From an uncultured Acidobacteriota bacterium (GTDB taxonomy: Bacteria; Acidobacteriota; Terriglobia; Terriglobales; Acidobacteriaceae): a stretch of 64,000 nt of DNA. Each line of letters begins with the position of its first letter. The first letter of the stretch is position 1. The stretch spans positions 89,406 through 153,405 of the forward strand of contig CAVTMJ010000011.1 in NCBI GenBank assembly GCA_963735815.1, read 5' to 3'. Of the stretch, positions 25,988 to 35,488 are shown piece by piece. Position numbers and translations under genes: made by a program. Under the pieces are notes generated by a model. The model was given only the letters and a program-made list of their open reading frames with translations, was not told the origin of the DNA and searched no databases.

Positions 25988-26498
25988 GGTATACCTGTTC
26001 GACCTCATGAACATGATGCAAGAGCAAGGGCATCAGGTGGCCTTGTTCTCGATGCGTGACCCGCGGGGCAAGCCGACCGCATTTGATGATTACTTCGTCC
26101 CATACACAGACTTCAAAGGCACAGATCACTCTTTGCTGCGCCGTGCACGTCTGGCAGGCCATGCCATCTATTCGCCGGACGCGCGGCGCCGACTCAAGGG
26201 ATTGATTGACGAATTTCGTCCCGATGTGGCGCACGTCCGCAACATTTACCACCACCTTTCCCCATCTATCTTGTGGGAGCTTAAGCGACGCGGAGTGCCC
26301 GTGCTTTACCACTTGAACGATTTCAAGTTGCTATGCCCGAGTTACAACCTCACCAGCAAAGGAAGGGCTTGCGAGCGCTGCCGGAATGGCCAGTTCTGGA
26401 GGATGGTTCCAGAGGGCTGCTACCACGGAGGCCGAGCCAACAGCGCCGTGCTTGCCGCTGGAAGCCTACCTCCATCGCTGGCTGGGGACCTACGCTGA
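25938..26498 (+). CDS. glycosyltransferase family 4, N-terminal half (interrupted by a +1 frame change near 26457-26461)
   Basis: MKILYCNKYNFPFSGTEVYLFDLMNMMQEQGHQVALFSM...HVRNIYHHLSPSILWELKRRGVPVLYHLNDFKLLCPSYNL...CERCRNGQFW. Homology continues in the frame of ORF 26386. Confidence 0.7.
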   Translation: MKILYCNKYNFPFSGTEVYLFDLMNMMQEQGHQVALFSMRDPRGKPTAFDDYFVPYTDFKGTDHSLLRRARLAGHAIYSPDARRRLKGLIDEFRPDVAHVRNIYHHLSPSILWELKRRGVPVLYHLNDFKLLCPSYNLTSKGRACERCRNGQFWRMVPEGCYHGGRANSAVLAAGSLPPSLAGDLR

Positions 26499-28374
26499 GT
26501 GCGTTGACCGTTTCCTGGCGCCCAGCGAATTCGTGCGCAGCAAGTTAATTGAAAATGGTTGGAACGGGGACTGCATCGACGTGTTGTCGCACTTCCAACG
26601 ACTGCCGGCGGAGGCGCCGACCGCACCGACTGAAAACGCGCCAATCCTCTACTTCGGACGTTTATCCGCCGAGAAGGGCGTGGAAGACGTGCTGCACGCG
26701 AAGACCCAGGTACCGGGGGTCCGCTTTGTACTCGCGGGGGAGGGTCCCGAACGCGTGAACCTCGAGAGACTGGCGCGGGACCTGAAACTCAAGGATGTGG
26801 AATTCGTGGGCCACTTGCAACGCGAGGAACTTGAATTGCAAATCCGCGAGGCGCGATTCACCGTTTTACCATCACATGCTTACGAGACGCTCGGCAAAAC
26901 GATACTGGAATCCTATGCGCAGGGACGAGCGGTCGTCGCGTCTGATCTGGGGTCACGGCGGGAGTTCGTCAGGCACGGTGAAACCGGACTGCTCTACCCG
27001 GTGGGAAATGTCGAGCGACTGGTGGAGGCCTTGCGATTTCTGTGTGCGCATCCAAAGAAGGCCGAGGGCATGGGATTAGCCGGGCGGGAATTTGTGAGAG
27101 CCAATCACTCGCCCGCCGCTCACTATCAGGCAATGACTCGATTGTACGAATGGCTGATCGCTTCGAGGCAGCATTGGGCATCAAAAACACGGGGTAGGCA
27201 AGCGCTGTCACTTCCCTCGGGAAACGGACGATTGCGAGTTGCCTTTATCGGGGGTCGCGGCGTGATCGGGAAATACAGCGGCGTCGAGGGATACTATGAG
27301 GAAGTTGGGCGGCGACTGGCCGACGCTGGCCATGAAGTCACGGTATACTGCCGCAACCGTTTCACTCCTCCCCAGAAGCTTCATAACGGCATGCGATTGG
27401 TGCGGCTGCCGGCCCCGAAATCCAAGCACTTCGAGACTTTCTTCCACACACTGTTGAGTTCGATTCACGCCTTATCGCAGCCGTATGACATCGTGCACTA
27501 TCAAACGCTTGGTCCGGCACTGTTTTCGTTCATTCCGCAGCTCGCCGGCCAGAAGACAGCTGTCACAGTGCAAGGTCTGGATTGGCAGCGCAAGAAATGG
27601 GGACGCTTTGCATCGGCTGTACTACGCTTCGGAGGCTACGCCGCTATTCGTTTTCCCGATGAGACGATGGTCGTGTCGAAAACCCTCCAGGCCTATTACC
27701 GCAAGCGTTATGCGGCGCACACGCGGTATGTGGCCAACGGTACGATCCTGCGAGACAAGAAGCAGGCTCGTGAAATTCGCGAGTATGGACTTGATCCCGA
27801 ACAATATATTTTGTTTTTGGGAAGATTCTCCCCGGAAAAGAACTGCCATCTGCTGGTCGAAGCTTTCGAGCAGCTCGACACCAACGTAAAGCTGGTGCTT
27901 GCGGGGGGAGGAACCGCCTCGGACCCTTACGCCCTCCGTCTTCGCCAGCACGCGACCGATCGTATACTCCTGCTTGACTATGTTTCCGGCGATCCTTTCG
28001 ATGAACTGCTGACCAATGCCATGCTGTTTGTGCTGCCTTCCGACCTCGAGGGGCTGTCTCTGGCCCTTTTGGAGGCGATGGGAGCCGGACTGTGCGTCCT
28101 GGTTAGCGACATTCCAGAAAATCGCGAACTGATGGAAGGTGCCGGCTTCACCTTTCGGTGCGGTGACCTGGCAGACTTGAAACAAATGCTCGAACTTCTG
28201 ATTCGTGCAGATTCTTTGCGCACAGCCGCCGGGAAGGCCGCCAAAAAACGCATAGAAGAACATTACCTGTGGCCCAGCATTACGAAGGAAATTGAAGCCG
28301 CTTACTATGAGATGCTGGGGATTCATTCGGACGAGGGCTCGCCGCCGGAACATGTGCGCAAGGTGGCTGTTTAA
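26386..28374 (+). CDS. C-terminal half of the preceding GT4, fused in frame to a complete second GT1/GT4-type glycosyltransferase (starting near 27232)
   Basis: LEAYLHRWLGTYAECVDRFLAPSEF...GRLSAEKGV...VLPSHAYETLGKTILESYAQGRAVVASDLGSRREFVRHGETGLLY is followed, with no stop, by RVAFIGGRGVIGKYSGVEGYYEEVGRRLADAGHEVTVYCR...GRFSPEKN...VLPSDLEGLSLALLEAMGAGLCVLVSDIPENREL. Confidence 0.72.
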   Translation: MASSGGWFQRAATTEAEPTAPCLPLEAYLHRWLGTYAECVDRFLAPSEFVRSKLIENGWNGDCIDVLSHFQRLPAEAPTAPTENAPILYFGRLSAEKGVEDVLHAKTQVPGVRFVLAGEGPERVNLERLARDLKLKDVEFVGHLQREELELQIREARFTVLPSHAYETLGKTILESYAQGRAVVASDLGSRREFVRHGETGLLYPVGNVERLVEALRFLCAHPKKAEGMGLAGREFVRANHSPAAHYQAMTRLYEWLIASRQHWASKTRGRQALSLPSGNGRLRVAFIGGRGVIGKYSGVEGYYEEVGRRLADAGHEVTVYCRNRFTPPQKLHNGMRLVRLPAPKSKHFETFFHTLLSSIHALSQPYDIVHYQTLGPALFSFIPQLAGQKTAVTVQGLDWQRKKWGRFASAVLRFGGYAAIRFPDETMVVSKTLQAYYRKRYAAHTRYVANGTILRDKKQAREIREYGLDPEQYILFLGRFSPEKNCHLLVEAFEQLDTNVKLVLAGGGTASDPYALRLRQHATDRILLLDYVSGDPFDELLTNAMLFVLPSDLEGLSLALLEAMGAGLCVLVSDIPENRELMEGAGFTFRCGDLADLKQMLELLIRADSLRTAAGKAAKKRIEEHYLWPSITKEIEAAYYEMLGIHSDEGSPPEHVRKVAV

Positions 28375-28506
28375 CCTCCACTGCTTCCGATCACGACGGT
28401 CGGCGGCTGTTTTCAATTACAATCACGGTTAGTGGATTGCATCGGCCCGGAGATCCTACGATCCCGGGCTTTGGGCTCCTTACGCAGAAAGGCTGGCTTC
28501 TTCATC

Positions 28507-29598
28507 GTGGAAAACACAATCCTGGTGACGGGAGGAGCAGGATTTATAGGATCCAACTTCATCTTGCACTGGATCGAGCGCGAAGACAGCCGTGTGGTAA
28601 ATCTGGACAAGCTTACCTACGCCGGCAATCCACGAAATCTCGAGCGAATCTTTTCCCACCCACGTTATTCGTTTGTGCAAGGCGACGTCGGTGACCGCAA
28701 GCTGGTCGCGGAATGCCTTCGCACTCACAGGCCAAAGGCCATCGTACATCTTGCGGCGGAGAGCCACGTGGACCGCTCGATCCTGGGTCCGGATGACTTT
28801 ATTCGCACCAATGTTACCGGCACGTTCAGCTTGCTCGAGGAGTCACGCGCGTACTGGTCCACCCTGCAAGCGAGCGATCAAAGCGCGTTTCGCTTCCTGC
28901 AGGTTTCAACCGACGAGGTCTACGGATCGCTGGGCTCGGAGGATCCGGCTTTCACGGAGACCACGGCCTACGCTCCGAACAGTCCGTACTCCGCTTCGAA
29001 GGCGGCCGCCGACCACCTGGTACGCGCTTACCATCACACCTATCGTTTGCCGACTCTGACCACCAATTGCTCCAACAACTACGGGCCACTGCAATTTCCG
29101 GAGAAGCTGATTCCGCTCATGATCTTGAACGCGCGAGCGGGGAAATCTCTACCCATTTACGGAGATGGGAAAAACGTGCGGGACTGGCTGTACGTGGGCG
29201 ACCATTGCGACGCGCTGCGTACCGTTCTCGCCCGGGGTCAAGCCGGATCAACTTACAACATTGGCGGATGGAACGAGAAAGCGAACATCGAAATTGTCGA
29301 GACCATCTGTTCGCTTCTCGACGAATTCTGCCCGAAGGATCCGGTGGTACCACATAGAAACCTGATCAGCTTTGTCACCGATCGTCCCGGACACGATCGC
29401 CGCTACGCGATCGATGCGGGCAGGATTGCCCGCGAATTGCAATGGCATCCCCATGAAACCTTCGAGAGTGGGATTCGTAAGACCATTTTCTGGTATCTCG
29501 AAAACGACGAGTGGACGAAAGAAGTGACTAGCGGCGCATATCGGCAGTGGATGGAGAAACAGTACTCCACTCGCGGAGAGTCTTCGTCGCGGGCATAG
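28507..29598 (+). CDS. rfbB: dTDP-glucose 4,6-dehydratase
   Basis: [36 protein letters not shown] and [15 protein letters not shown] (YxxxK). The start is uncertain (the ORF opens at 28432). Confidence 0.92.
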   Translation: MENTILVTGGAGFIGSNFILHWIEREDSRVVNLDKLTYAGNPRNLERIFSHPRYSFVQGDVGDRKLVAECLRTHRPKAIVHLAAESHVDRSILGPDDFIRTNVTGTFSLLEESRAYWSTLQASDQSAFRFLQVSTDEVYGSLGSEDPAFTETTAYAPNSPYSASKAAADHLVRAYHHTYRLPTLTTNCSNNYGPLQFPEKLIPLMILNARAGKSLPIYGDGKNVRDWLYVGDHCDALRTVLARGQAGSTYNIGGWNEKANIEIVETICSLLDEFCPKDPVVPHRNLISFVTDRPGHDRRYAIDAGRIARELQWHPHETFESGIRKTIFWYLENDEWTKEVTSGAYRQWMEKQYSTRGESSSRA

Positions 29599-29619
29599 GG
29601 AGAAGAGGAACCGGCGTGC

Positions 29620-30525
29620 ATGATGGCAAGAACTGCTGAGAGCAGTCCACAATACAAGGGAATTATTCTGGCCGGCGGTTCCGGCACACGGCTGTATCCC
29701 GTCACTCAGGGAACCTGCAAGAGCCTGCTGCCGATTTACAACAAACCGATGGTCTACTATCCCCTGTGCACGCTGATGCTGGCGGGGATCCGCGACATTC
29801 TTATAATCTCGACCCCCGAAGATACTCCTAGATTTGAGCAACTGTTGGGGAATGGACAGCAATACGGCATTCGCATCGAGTACGCCGTACAGGCGAAGCC
29901 GGAAGGCATTGCGCAGGCTTTTCTGGTGGGCGAGCGGTTTATTGGGTCAAGCCCGTGCGCGCTGGTGCTCGGCGATAACATCTTTTATGGGCATGATCTG
30001 GCGAAGGACCTGCGTGCGGCAACGCAGAAGGCTGCAGGTGCAAGGGTGTTCGCCTACCCGGTGTTCGATCCCGAGCGTTACGGAGTGGTGGAGTTTGATC
30101 GTACGGGACGAGCCCTGAGCGTGGAGGAGAAGCCGAAGAACCCGAAGTCGCGCTATGCGATCACGGGACTGTATTTCTATGATAATGAGGTCGTGCGGGT
30201 TGCAAAATCTCTGAAGCCTTCGGCGCGCGGTGAGCTTGAGATCACCGACGTCAATAAAACCTACCTGGAACGAGGCCAGCTCGAAGTGATTGTGATGGGA
30301 CGAGGAATGGCCTGGCTGGATACGGGCACGCACGAGTCCCTGATGGATGCGGCTCTGTATATTCAAGCGATCGAAAAACGCCAGGGCTTGATGGTCGCCT
30401 GTCCGGAGGAAATCGCGTTCCGCTCAGGCTACATCACGGCGGATCAACTGGAGACCGCCGGCCGCTCCATGAAGAACGGGTACGGCGAATACCTGCTCCT
30501 GCTGCTGCGCGACAAAGTGTTTTAG
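29620..30525 (+). CDS. rfbA: glucose-1-phosphate thymidylyltransferase
   Basis: [17 protein letters not shown]...[15 protein letters not shown]...LGDNIFYG...[19 protein letters not shown] is canonical RmlA. Confidence 0.95.
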   Translation: MMARTAESSPQYKGIILAGGSGTRLYPVTQGTCKSLLPIYNKPMVYYPLCTLMLAGIRDILIISTPEDTPRFEQLLGNGQQYGIRIEYAVQAKPEGIAQAFLVGERFIGSSPCALVLGDNIFYGHDLAKDLRAATQKAAGARVFAYPVFDPERYGVVEFDRTGRALSVEEKPKNPKSRYAITGLYFYDNEVVRVAKSLKPSARGELEITDVNKTYLERGQLEVIVMGRGMAWLDTGTHESLMDAALYIQAIEKRQGLMVACPEEIAFRSGYITADQLETAGRSMKNGYGEYLLLLLRDKVF

Positions 30526-30543
30526 GCATTCGGAACCCATCGC

Positions 30544-31086
30544 ATGAAAAAGCTCAGCACGCCACTTGAGGGGGTTTTTGTTCTGGAACCGGCAGTATTC
30601 AGCGATGCGCGCGGCTTTTTTCTGGAGAGCTACAACGAGCGTGCGCTGGCGGAAGCCGGAATTCATGAACACTTCGTACAAGACAACCAATCGTATTCCA
30701 CACTCAATGTGGTGCGCGGCTTGCACTACCAGATACGGCAAACCCAGGGCAAGCTCGTGCGCGCCATTGTGGGTGAGATTCTCGATGTGATTGTCGATTT
30801 GCGGAAAAGCTCGCGGACCTTTGGAAAATGGAGTTCCGTGCCGCTTACAGACCGGAACAAACACATGCTGTGGATTCCTCCGGGACTCGCCCACGGATTT
30901 CGCGTGGTTTCAGAAAGCGCACATGTGTTGTACAAAGCGACCGACTACTACTGCCCTGAGGCAGAGCGAACGTTGGCCTGGAACGATCCCGACCTGAAGA
31001 TTGACTGGCAACTCGCGGGCGATCCAGTTGTTTCTCACAAGGATCAACTGGGCACTTTGTTTCGCGATGCCGAGAAGTTCGAGTAG
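30544..31086 (+). CDS. rfbC: dTDP-4-dehydrorhamnose 3,5-epimerase
   Basis: FSDARGFFLESYN...VRGLHYQ...QGKLVRAIVGEILDVIVDLR...LWIPPGLAHGF is canonical RmlC. Confidence 0.93.
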   Translation: MKKLSTPLEGVFVLEPAVFSDARGFFLESYNERALAEAGIHEHFVQDNQSYSTLNVVRGLHYQIRQTQGKLVRAIVGEILDVIVDLRKSSRTFGKWSSVPLTDRNKHMLWIPPGLAHGFRVVSESAHVLYKATDYYCPEAERTLAWNDPDLKIDWQLAGDPVVSHKDQLGTLFRDAEKFE

Positions 31087-31097
31087 GAAATCCCTCC

Positions 31098-31934
31098 ATG
31101 CGCGTCATCATCTTTGGTGCAACCGGCCTGCTGGGCAAAGCCCTGTTGCGGGAGTGGCAGGGAGACGAAGTGGTCGGCCTGAGTTCCGCGGATGCAGATA
31201 TCCGCTCGGATGAGCAGGTTGACAAAGTTCTCCGAGAGCACCGACCCGAGTGGGTCGTGCTGGCGGCGGCTTACACCGACGTCGATGGCTGCGAGACTCA
31301 CTCCGACCTTGCCTTCGACGTCAACTGCCGCGGGGCCATGAACGTTGCGAGCGGGTGTGCACGAACGGGATCCCGTCTCCTCTTTATCAGTACGGACTAT
31401 GTGTTCGACGGAAACAGGAACAAGCCGTACGAGATTGATGAACCACTCTCGCCGCAGACCGTCTACGGAAAAACGAAGGCAGCCGCAGAAACAGAAATTC
31501 GCAAGCTTCATCTTGAAGCGTGCATTCTTCGAACCTCGTGGGTCTTTGGAATCGGCGGCAAGTGCTTCCCCGATACAATTCTGAAACTTGCGCAAACCCG
31601 CGCGGAACTGGATGTGGTCGATGATCAGCGCGGAAGTCCGACGTACACGCTCGATCTCGCCCGCACGATCAGAGACTTATGCCGCAAAAACGCGAGCGGC
31701 ATCGTGCACGCGACCAACCGTGGGGATTGCACCTGGTACGACTTCGCCTATGCGATCGTCCAGCAAGCGAAACTCCCCGTCCGGGTTCGGCCGACCTCCA
31801 GCGAGAAGTTCGTGCGGCCTGCCAAGCGACCGAAGTATTCCGTCTTGTCGCTGGTTAGTCTGGAGCGATACGGATTGCAAATGCCTGCGTGGCAGGATGC
31901 CCTGGGACGGTACCTTGACGAACGCCGTTCCTGA
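31098..31934 (+). CDS. rfbD: dTDP-4-dehydrorhamnose reductase
   Basis: MRVIIFGATGLLG, AAAYTDVDGCE, STDYVFDG, YGKTKAAAE and DQRGSPTYTLDLA are canonical RmlD. Confidence 0.92.
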   Translation: MRVIIFGATGLLGKALLREWQGDEVVGLSSADADIRSDEQVDKVLREHRPEWVVLAAAYTDVDGCETHSDLAFDVNCRGAMNVASGCARTGSRLLFISTDYVFDGNRNKPYEIDEPLSPQTVYGKTKAAAETEIRKLHLEACILRTSWVFGIGGKCFPDTILKLAQTRAELDVVDDQRGSPTYTLDLARTIRDLCRKNASGIVHATNRGDCTWYDFAYAIVQQAKLPVRVRPTSSEKFVRPAKRPKYSVLSLVSLERYGLQMPAWQDALGRYLDERRS

Positions 31935-31948
31935 TTAGGAACAGCTGG

Positions 31949-32185
31949 ATGGGTGGGGAATCAAGCCGTGCAATTCCCCAAACGTTAGAATGCCTGCACA
32001 ATATCGTGCTTGGTGACGATTTTATGGCAGACATTCCCGCAAGCAATCTGAGACTTCCGTTCGAGATTGAGCTTTCCAGAAACCCAGACGACCGCCGCGC
32101 CCAACCTCGTGGCGAAACTGTCTTCAGCCGCATCGAAGACGCAACCTATGCGGTTCTCCGCGAGCACGAAAAGAAGACTGCCTAA
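31949..32185 (+). CDS. small hypothetical ORF (weak)
   Basis: A 78-aa ORF downstream of rfbD with no recognisable motif. A shorter version could start at internal Met 32024. Confidence 0.2.
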   Translation: MGGESSRAIPQTLECLHNIVLGDDFMADIPASNLRLPFEIELSRNPDDRRAQPRGETVFSRIEDATYAVLREHEKKTA

Positions 32186-32286
32186 CGGCTAGAGGCACAA
32201 GGCTCGCTCGCTTGGTTTAGACCGACGCGTCGCTTGCTCCCTTCTAAGCCCGCAAGGAAATTTTCCACGCCCGACTTCCTCCGCAA

Positions 32287-32838
32287 TCACTTCTTCTGCA
32301 TGGGCACTTCGATCGGCTCCAAGCCTGCCTTCTTGAGCTGCCCATTGAACGCGGGAAGCTCTTTGTTTCGCATGCCAGCCCAACGGGCCAGTTGCTCGTC
32401 GAGCGCGCGTTCCACCTCAGAGAACGTCGCGACCGCCTGCGTAGTCGGCGCGGCATCGGCCGAATCGACGATCGCCAGCAGAGTGCTCAATCCACTGTTC
32501 AACCGAGCCAGTCCTCGCCCCGCCGGCGTGCTCAAGTATTGAGCGCCGTATCCACCGGCCGATCCCTCCACCTCGACAAGTTTCCTGTCGAGTTCGCCGA
32601 CCTGCGATTGAAGGTTCGCGGTAGACGAAATCTCCTTCAGGCCTTTCCGAATCCTCTGGACCTCAGTTAACGCATCGAAATCGCGCTGCATGGCTTCCAC
32701 AATTTTCATTTCCATTTCAAACTGGGCTTTCAAGCCTTCGGGAGAAGTTTTGACGCGCGGGTCCATCTTGACTGTGAGCGGTTGCGCCAGAGTCTTTCCG
32801 CCCGCGGTGAGCTTGATCGAATAGGTTCCCGGCAACAC
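32287..32838 (-). CDS. C-terminal segment of the BNR/sortilin-like glycosidase (separated from 32730..35444 by a -1 frame change in a CCG run)
   Basis: LPGTYSIKLTAGGKTLAQPLTVKMDPRVKTS is the typical C-terminal domain of these roughly 1050-aa acidobacterial proteins. Read in this frame, the upstream sequence gives ALDRDYPISAIVGETPLYPLGAPV. Confidence 0.7.
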   Translation of the reverse strand: MLPGTYSIKLTAGGKTLAQPLTVKMDPRVKTSPEGLKAQFEMEMKIVEAMQRDFDALTEVQRIRKGLKEISSTANLQSQVGELDRKLVEVEGSAGGYGAQYLSTPAGRGLARLNSGLSTLLAIVDSADAAPTTQAVATFSEVERALDEQLARWAGMRNKELPAFNGQLKKAGLEPIEVPMQKK

Positions 32839-35444
32839 CGGAGCGCCCAGTGGATAGAGAGGGGTTTCGCCAACGATTGCCGAAATCGGGTAGTCGCGAT
32901 CCAGCGCGGCGGCGGCGGATAGTGCAGATCCCAGACAAAGCGATGCATGCCGGCTTCGGTGGAAAGTTTGCGTTCGGGTCGAATCCAGTACGTCGGCACG
33001 TTGATGTCTTTTGCGTCCAGCACGTCGGGCTTGTCGGAACTGGAAAACCGGCGCACGAGTTTGCCAGACGAGTCGACAATTTCCAAAGTGACATCGCCCG
33101 AGACCGCCGACTTGAGCCAGTAATCCAACGTGGCCCCGTCTGGCGGATTTTGACCTGCCGGGATGTCAGGCGGGAGTGGTGTATCGGTTCCATTATCGCG
33201 CCGTACCCGGTAGGTAAGCTGCGGCGCGAAAAGGTGTGCCTCGGAATCTGCGATCTGCGGGTTGAGTTGCCGCAATGGCGTGACGTTGTCCAGAATCCAG
33301 AACGAGCGCCCGTGAGTTCCCACCACCACATCGTCGTTGTGTACTACCAGATCTCGAATCGAGCTTGCCGGAAGATTCAGCTTCAACGACTGCCAGTGGT
33401 CTCCATCATCAATCGAGAAGTAGACGGTTCGCTCGGTGCCGGCGAACAACAGGCCCTTGCGGACCGGATCTTCACGTACGCTGTTCACCGGATCATTGCC
33501 GGCGATTCCGGTTGTGATCAGTTGCCAGGATTTGCCTCCGTCGTGGGTGCGGTAAATGTACGGACGCAAGTCGTCCAGCCGAATCCGATTCACGGCGGCA
33601 TACACAGTGTTCGCGTCAAAATGGGATGCATCCAGCTGCGCGATTTTGCTCCACGGCGTCAGGTTGGGAGGCGACACGTTCTGCCAGGACTTGCCGGCAT
33701 CGCGCGTGATGTGGATGAGCCCATCATCGGTTCCGGCCCAGATCAGATTCCTGTCTTTGGGAGACGGAGCGATGGAGTAGATCACTCCGCGATGCTTGCC
33801 CTTGGCCGGATCCGCGTCGACAAAGGGCCCAAGGGTCGCGGGAACTCCGGGGTCTTCTCGGGTCAGATCGGGGCTCACCGTTTGCCAACTGTTGCCGCCG
33901 TCCGTGGTTTTGAAGAGAACATTGGAGCCGAGATACAGCGTGTGCGGATCAGCAGGTGAAAATATCAGGGGAGCGGTCCGGTTGAATCGATACTTGCCGG
34001 TGCGCAGCACCACCGGAGAGACATCTTGCGTCTGACCCGTAGTGCGATTGAACTTCGTTGCCTTGCCGCCATAAATGATGTTGGGATCCAGTGGGTCCGG
34101 CGCCACGTACCCGTATTCTTCCACGCCCACCGGATACCAATCGCGAAACGTGATCTCGCCGAAGTCGCTGCGACTCGCGATACCGACGCTTCCGCTTTCC
34201 TGCTGGCCGCCGTAAACCCAATACGGAAACTGATTATCGGTGATGACATGGTAGAACTGCGCCGTGGGCTGGTTGTACCAGGAACTCCACGTTCCTCCGC
34301 CATTCACGCTGATCACAACTCCCTGGTCGCTGGCCAGCGCGATAATCTGCGGGTTCTCGGGATTGATCCACACCGTGTGATAGTCATCTCCGCCAGGAGC
34401 GCCTCGGATCGCGGTGAAGGTATGTCCGCCATCGGTCGAGCGATAGAAGGAGGTGTTGGGCACGAAGATGGTATCCGGTTCGTTGGGATGGACGCGAATG
34501 AAAGCGAAGTCATCTCCTCGACCGCAGACGCGCTCCTCGGAATTGACGTGCGTCCAACTCTCCCCGGCATCCTCCGACCGATACACGCCGCCCGCGCTCT
34601 GGGATTGCACCATCGCGTACATGCGCTTGGGATCACTCGGAGCAATGGCAATTCCGATGCGACCAAGATCGCTGCCCGAAGGCAAGCCCTTGGTTAACTC
34701 ACGCCAGGTCGTTCCGCCATCCTCTGACTTAAAAAGGCCGCTGCCGGCCGCGCCGTAGGAGTTCCCCGTCGTCCAGGGTGGCCGGCGAGAGGCCCATAGC
34801 ACGCCATAAACGGTCTGTGCGTTTCGAGGATCAAATGCGAGGTCAGCTCCACCGACGTCATCATTTCTGGATAGGACCTTCTCCCAGTTCTCCCCGCCAT
34901 CCAGCGATCGGAAGATTCCACGCTCAGCATTCGGGCCATAGGGATGGCCAACTGCCGCGACAAAAAGCCGGTTCGGATCCTTCGGATCCACGAGGATTGC
35001 CGCGATCTGTTGGGCATCGCGCAAGCCGAGATGCTTCCAGGTTTTGCCGCCATCAGTGGATTTATAAATACCGTCTCCGACCGAGAGATCGGGACGTCGC
35101 AATCCTTCGCCGCTACCGACGTAGATGATTTCGGGATTTGAAGGCGCGAGGGCGAGGGTACCGATAGAGCCCGTAGGCTGATCATCAAAAATCGGACTCC
35201 AGGTGTGACCGTAGTCGGTTGTCCTCCACACGCCACCGTTGTTGGGAGCCATGTAGAAAACATTCGGCTTGCCGGGAATGCCCGTGATCGCGATCGTTCG
35301 CCCGCCGCGAAATGGGCCGATCATGCGCCAACGCATCCCCTGGTAAAGCTCGGGGCTCAAGGATTGCGCCGACGCCGCAGGCAGACTGAACCAGCAAACA
35401 AGAAGGACAAAGAAATGCCGTAGGATTCGGGGAAGAGCGATCAC
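32730..35444 (-). CDS. exported BNR/Asp-box repeat, sortilin/VPS10-like (GH74-like) glycosyl hydrolase family protein, main body
   Basis: A signal peptide (MIALPRILRHFFVLLVCWFSLPAASAQS) and many Asp-box repeats (STDGGKTW, SLDGGENW, SEDGGTTW, SEDAGESW, STDGGHTF, VNGGGTW, TTDGGNSW, TRDAGKSW, THDGGKSW). Confidence 0.85.
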   Translation of the reverse strand: MIALPRILRHFFVLLVCWFSLPAASAQSLSPELYQGMRWRMIGPFRGGRTIAITGIPGKPNVFYMAPNNGGVWRTTDYGHTWSPIFDDQPTGSIGTLALAPSNPEIIYVGSGEGLRRPDLSVGDGIYKSTDGGKTWKHLGLRDAQQIAAILVDPKDPNRLFVAAVGHPYGPNAERGIFRSLDGGENWEKVLSRNDDVGGADLAFDPRNAQTVYGVLWASRRPPWTTGNSYGAAGSGLFKSEDGGTTWRELTKGLPSGSDLGRIGIAIAPSDPKRMYAMVQSQSAGGVYRSEDAGESWTHVNSEERVCGRGDDFAFIRVHPNEPDTIFVPNTSFYRSTDGGHTFTAIRGAPGGDDYHTVWINPENPQIIALASDQGVVISVNGGGTWSSWYNQPTAQFYHVITDNQFPYWVYGGQQESGSVGIASRSDFGEITFRDWYPVGVEEYGYVAPDPLDPNIIYGGKATKFNRTTGQTQDVSPVVLRTGKYRFNRTAPLIFSPADPHTLYLGSNVLFKTTDGGNSWQTVSPDLTREDPGVPATLGPFVDADPAKGKHRGVIYSIAPSPKDRNLIWAGTDDGLIHITRDAGKSWQNVSPPNLTPWSKIAQLDASHFDANTVYAAVNRIRLDDLRPYIYRTHDGGKSWQLITTGIAGNDPVNSVREDPVRKGLLFAGTERTVYFSIDDGDHWQSLKLNLPASSIRDLVVHNDDVVVGTHGRSFWILDNVTPLRQLNPQIADSEAHLFAPQLTYRVRRDNGTDTPLPPDIPAGQNPPDGATLDYWLKSAVSGDVTLEIVDSSGKLVRRFSSSDKPDVLDAKDINVPTYWIRPERKLSTEAGMHRFVWDLHYPPPPRWIATTRFRQSLAKPLSIHWALRCCREPIRSSSPRAERLWRNRSQSRWTRASKLLPKA

Positions 35445-35488
35445 GTTGACCTCCGGGGCGGAGGCAAGGATAAACCAATCAAGACATG

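Noticed and set aside
32850-33959. A 369-aa plus-strand ORF.
   Set aside because: Antisense shadow of the BNR/sortilin-like glycosidase gene. No recognisable domains.
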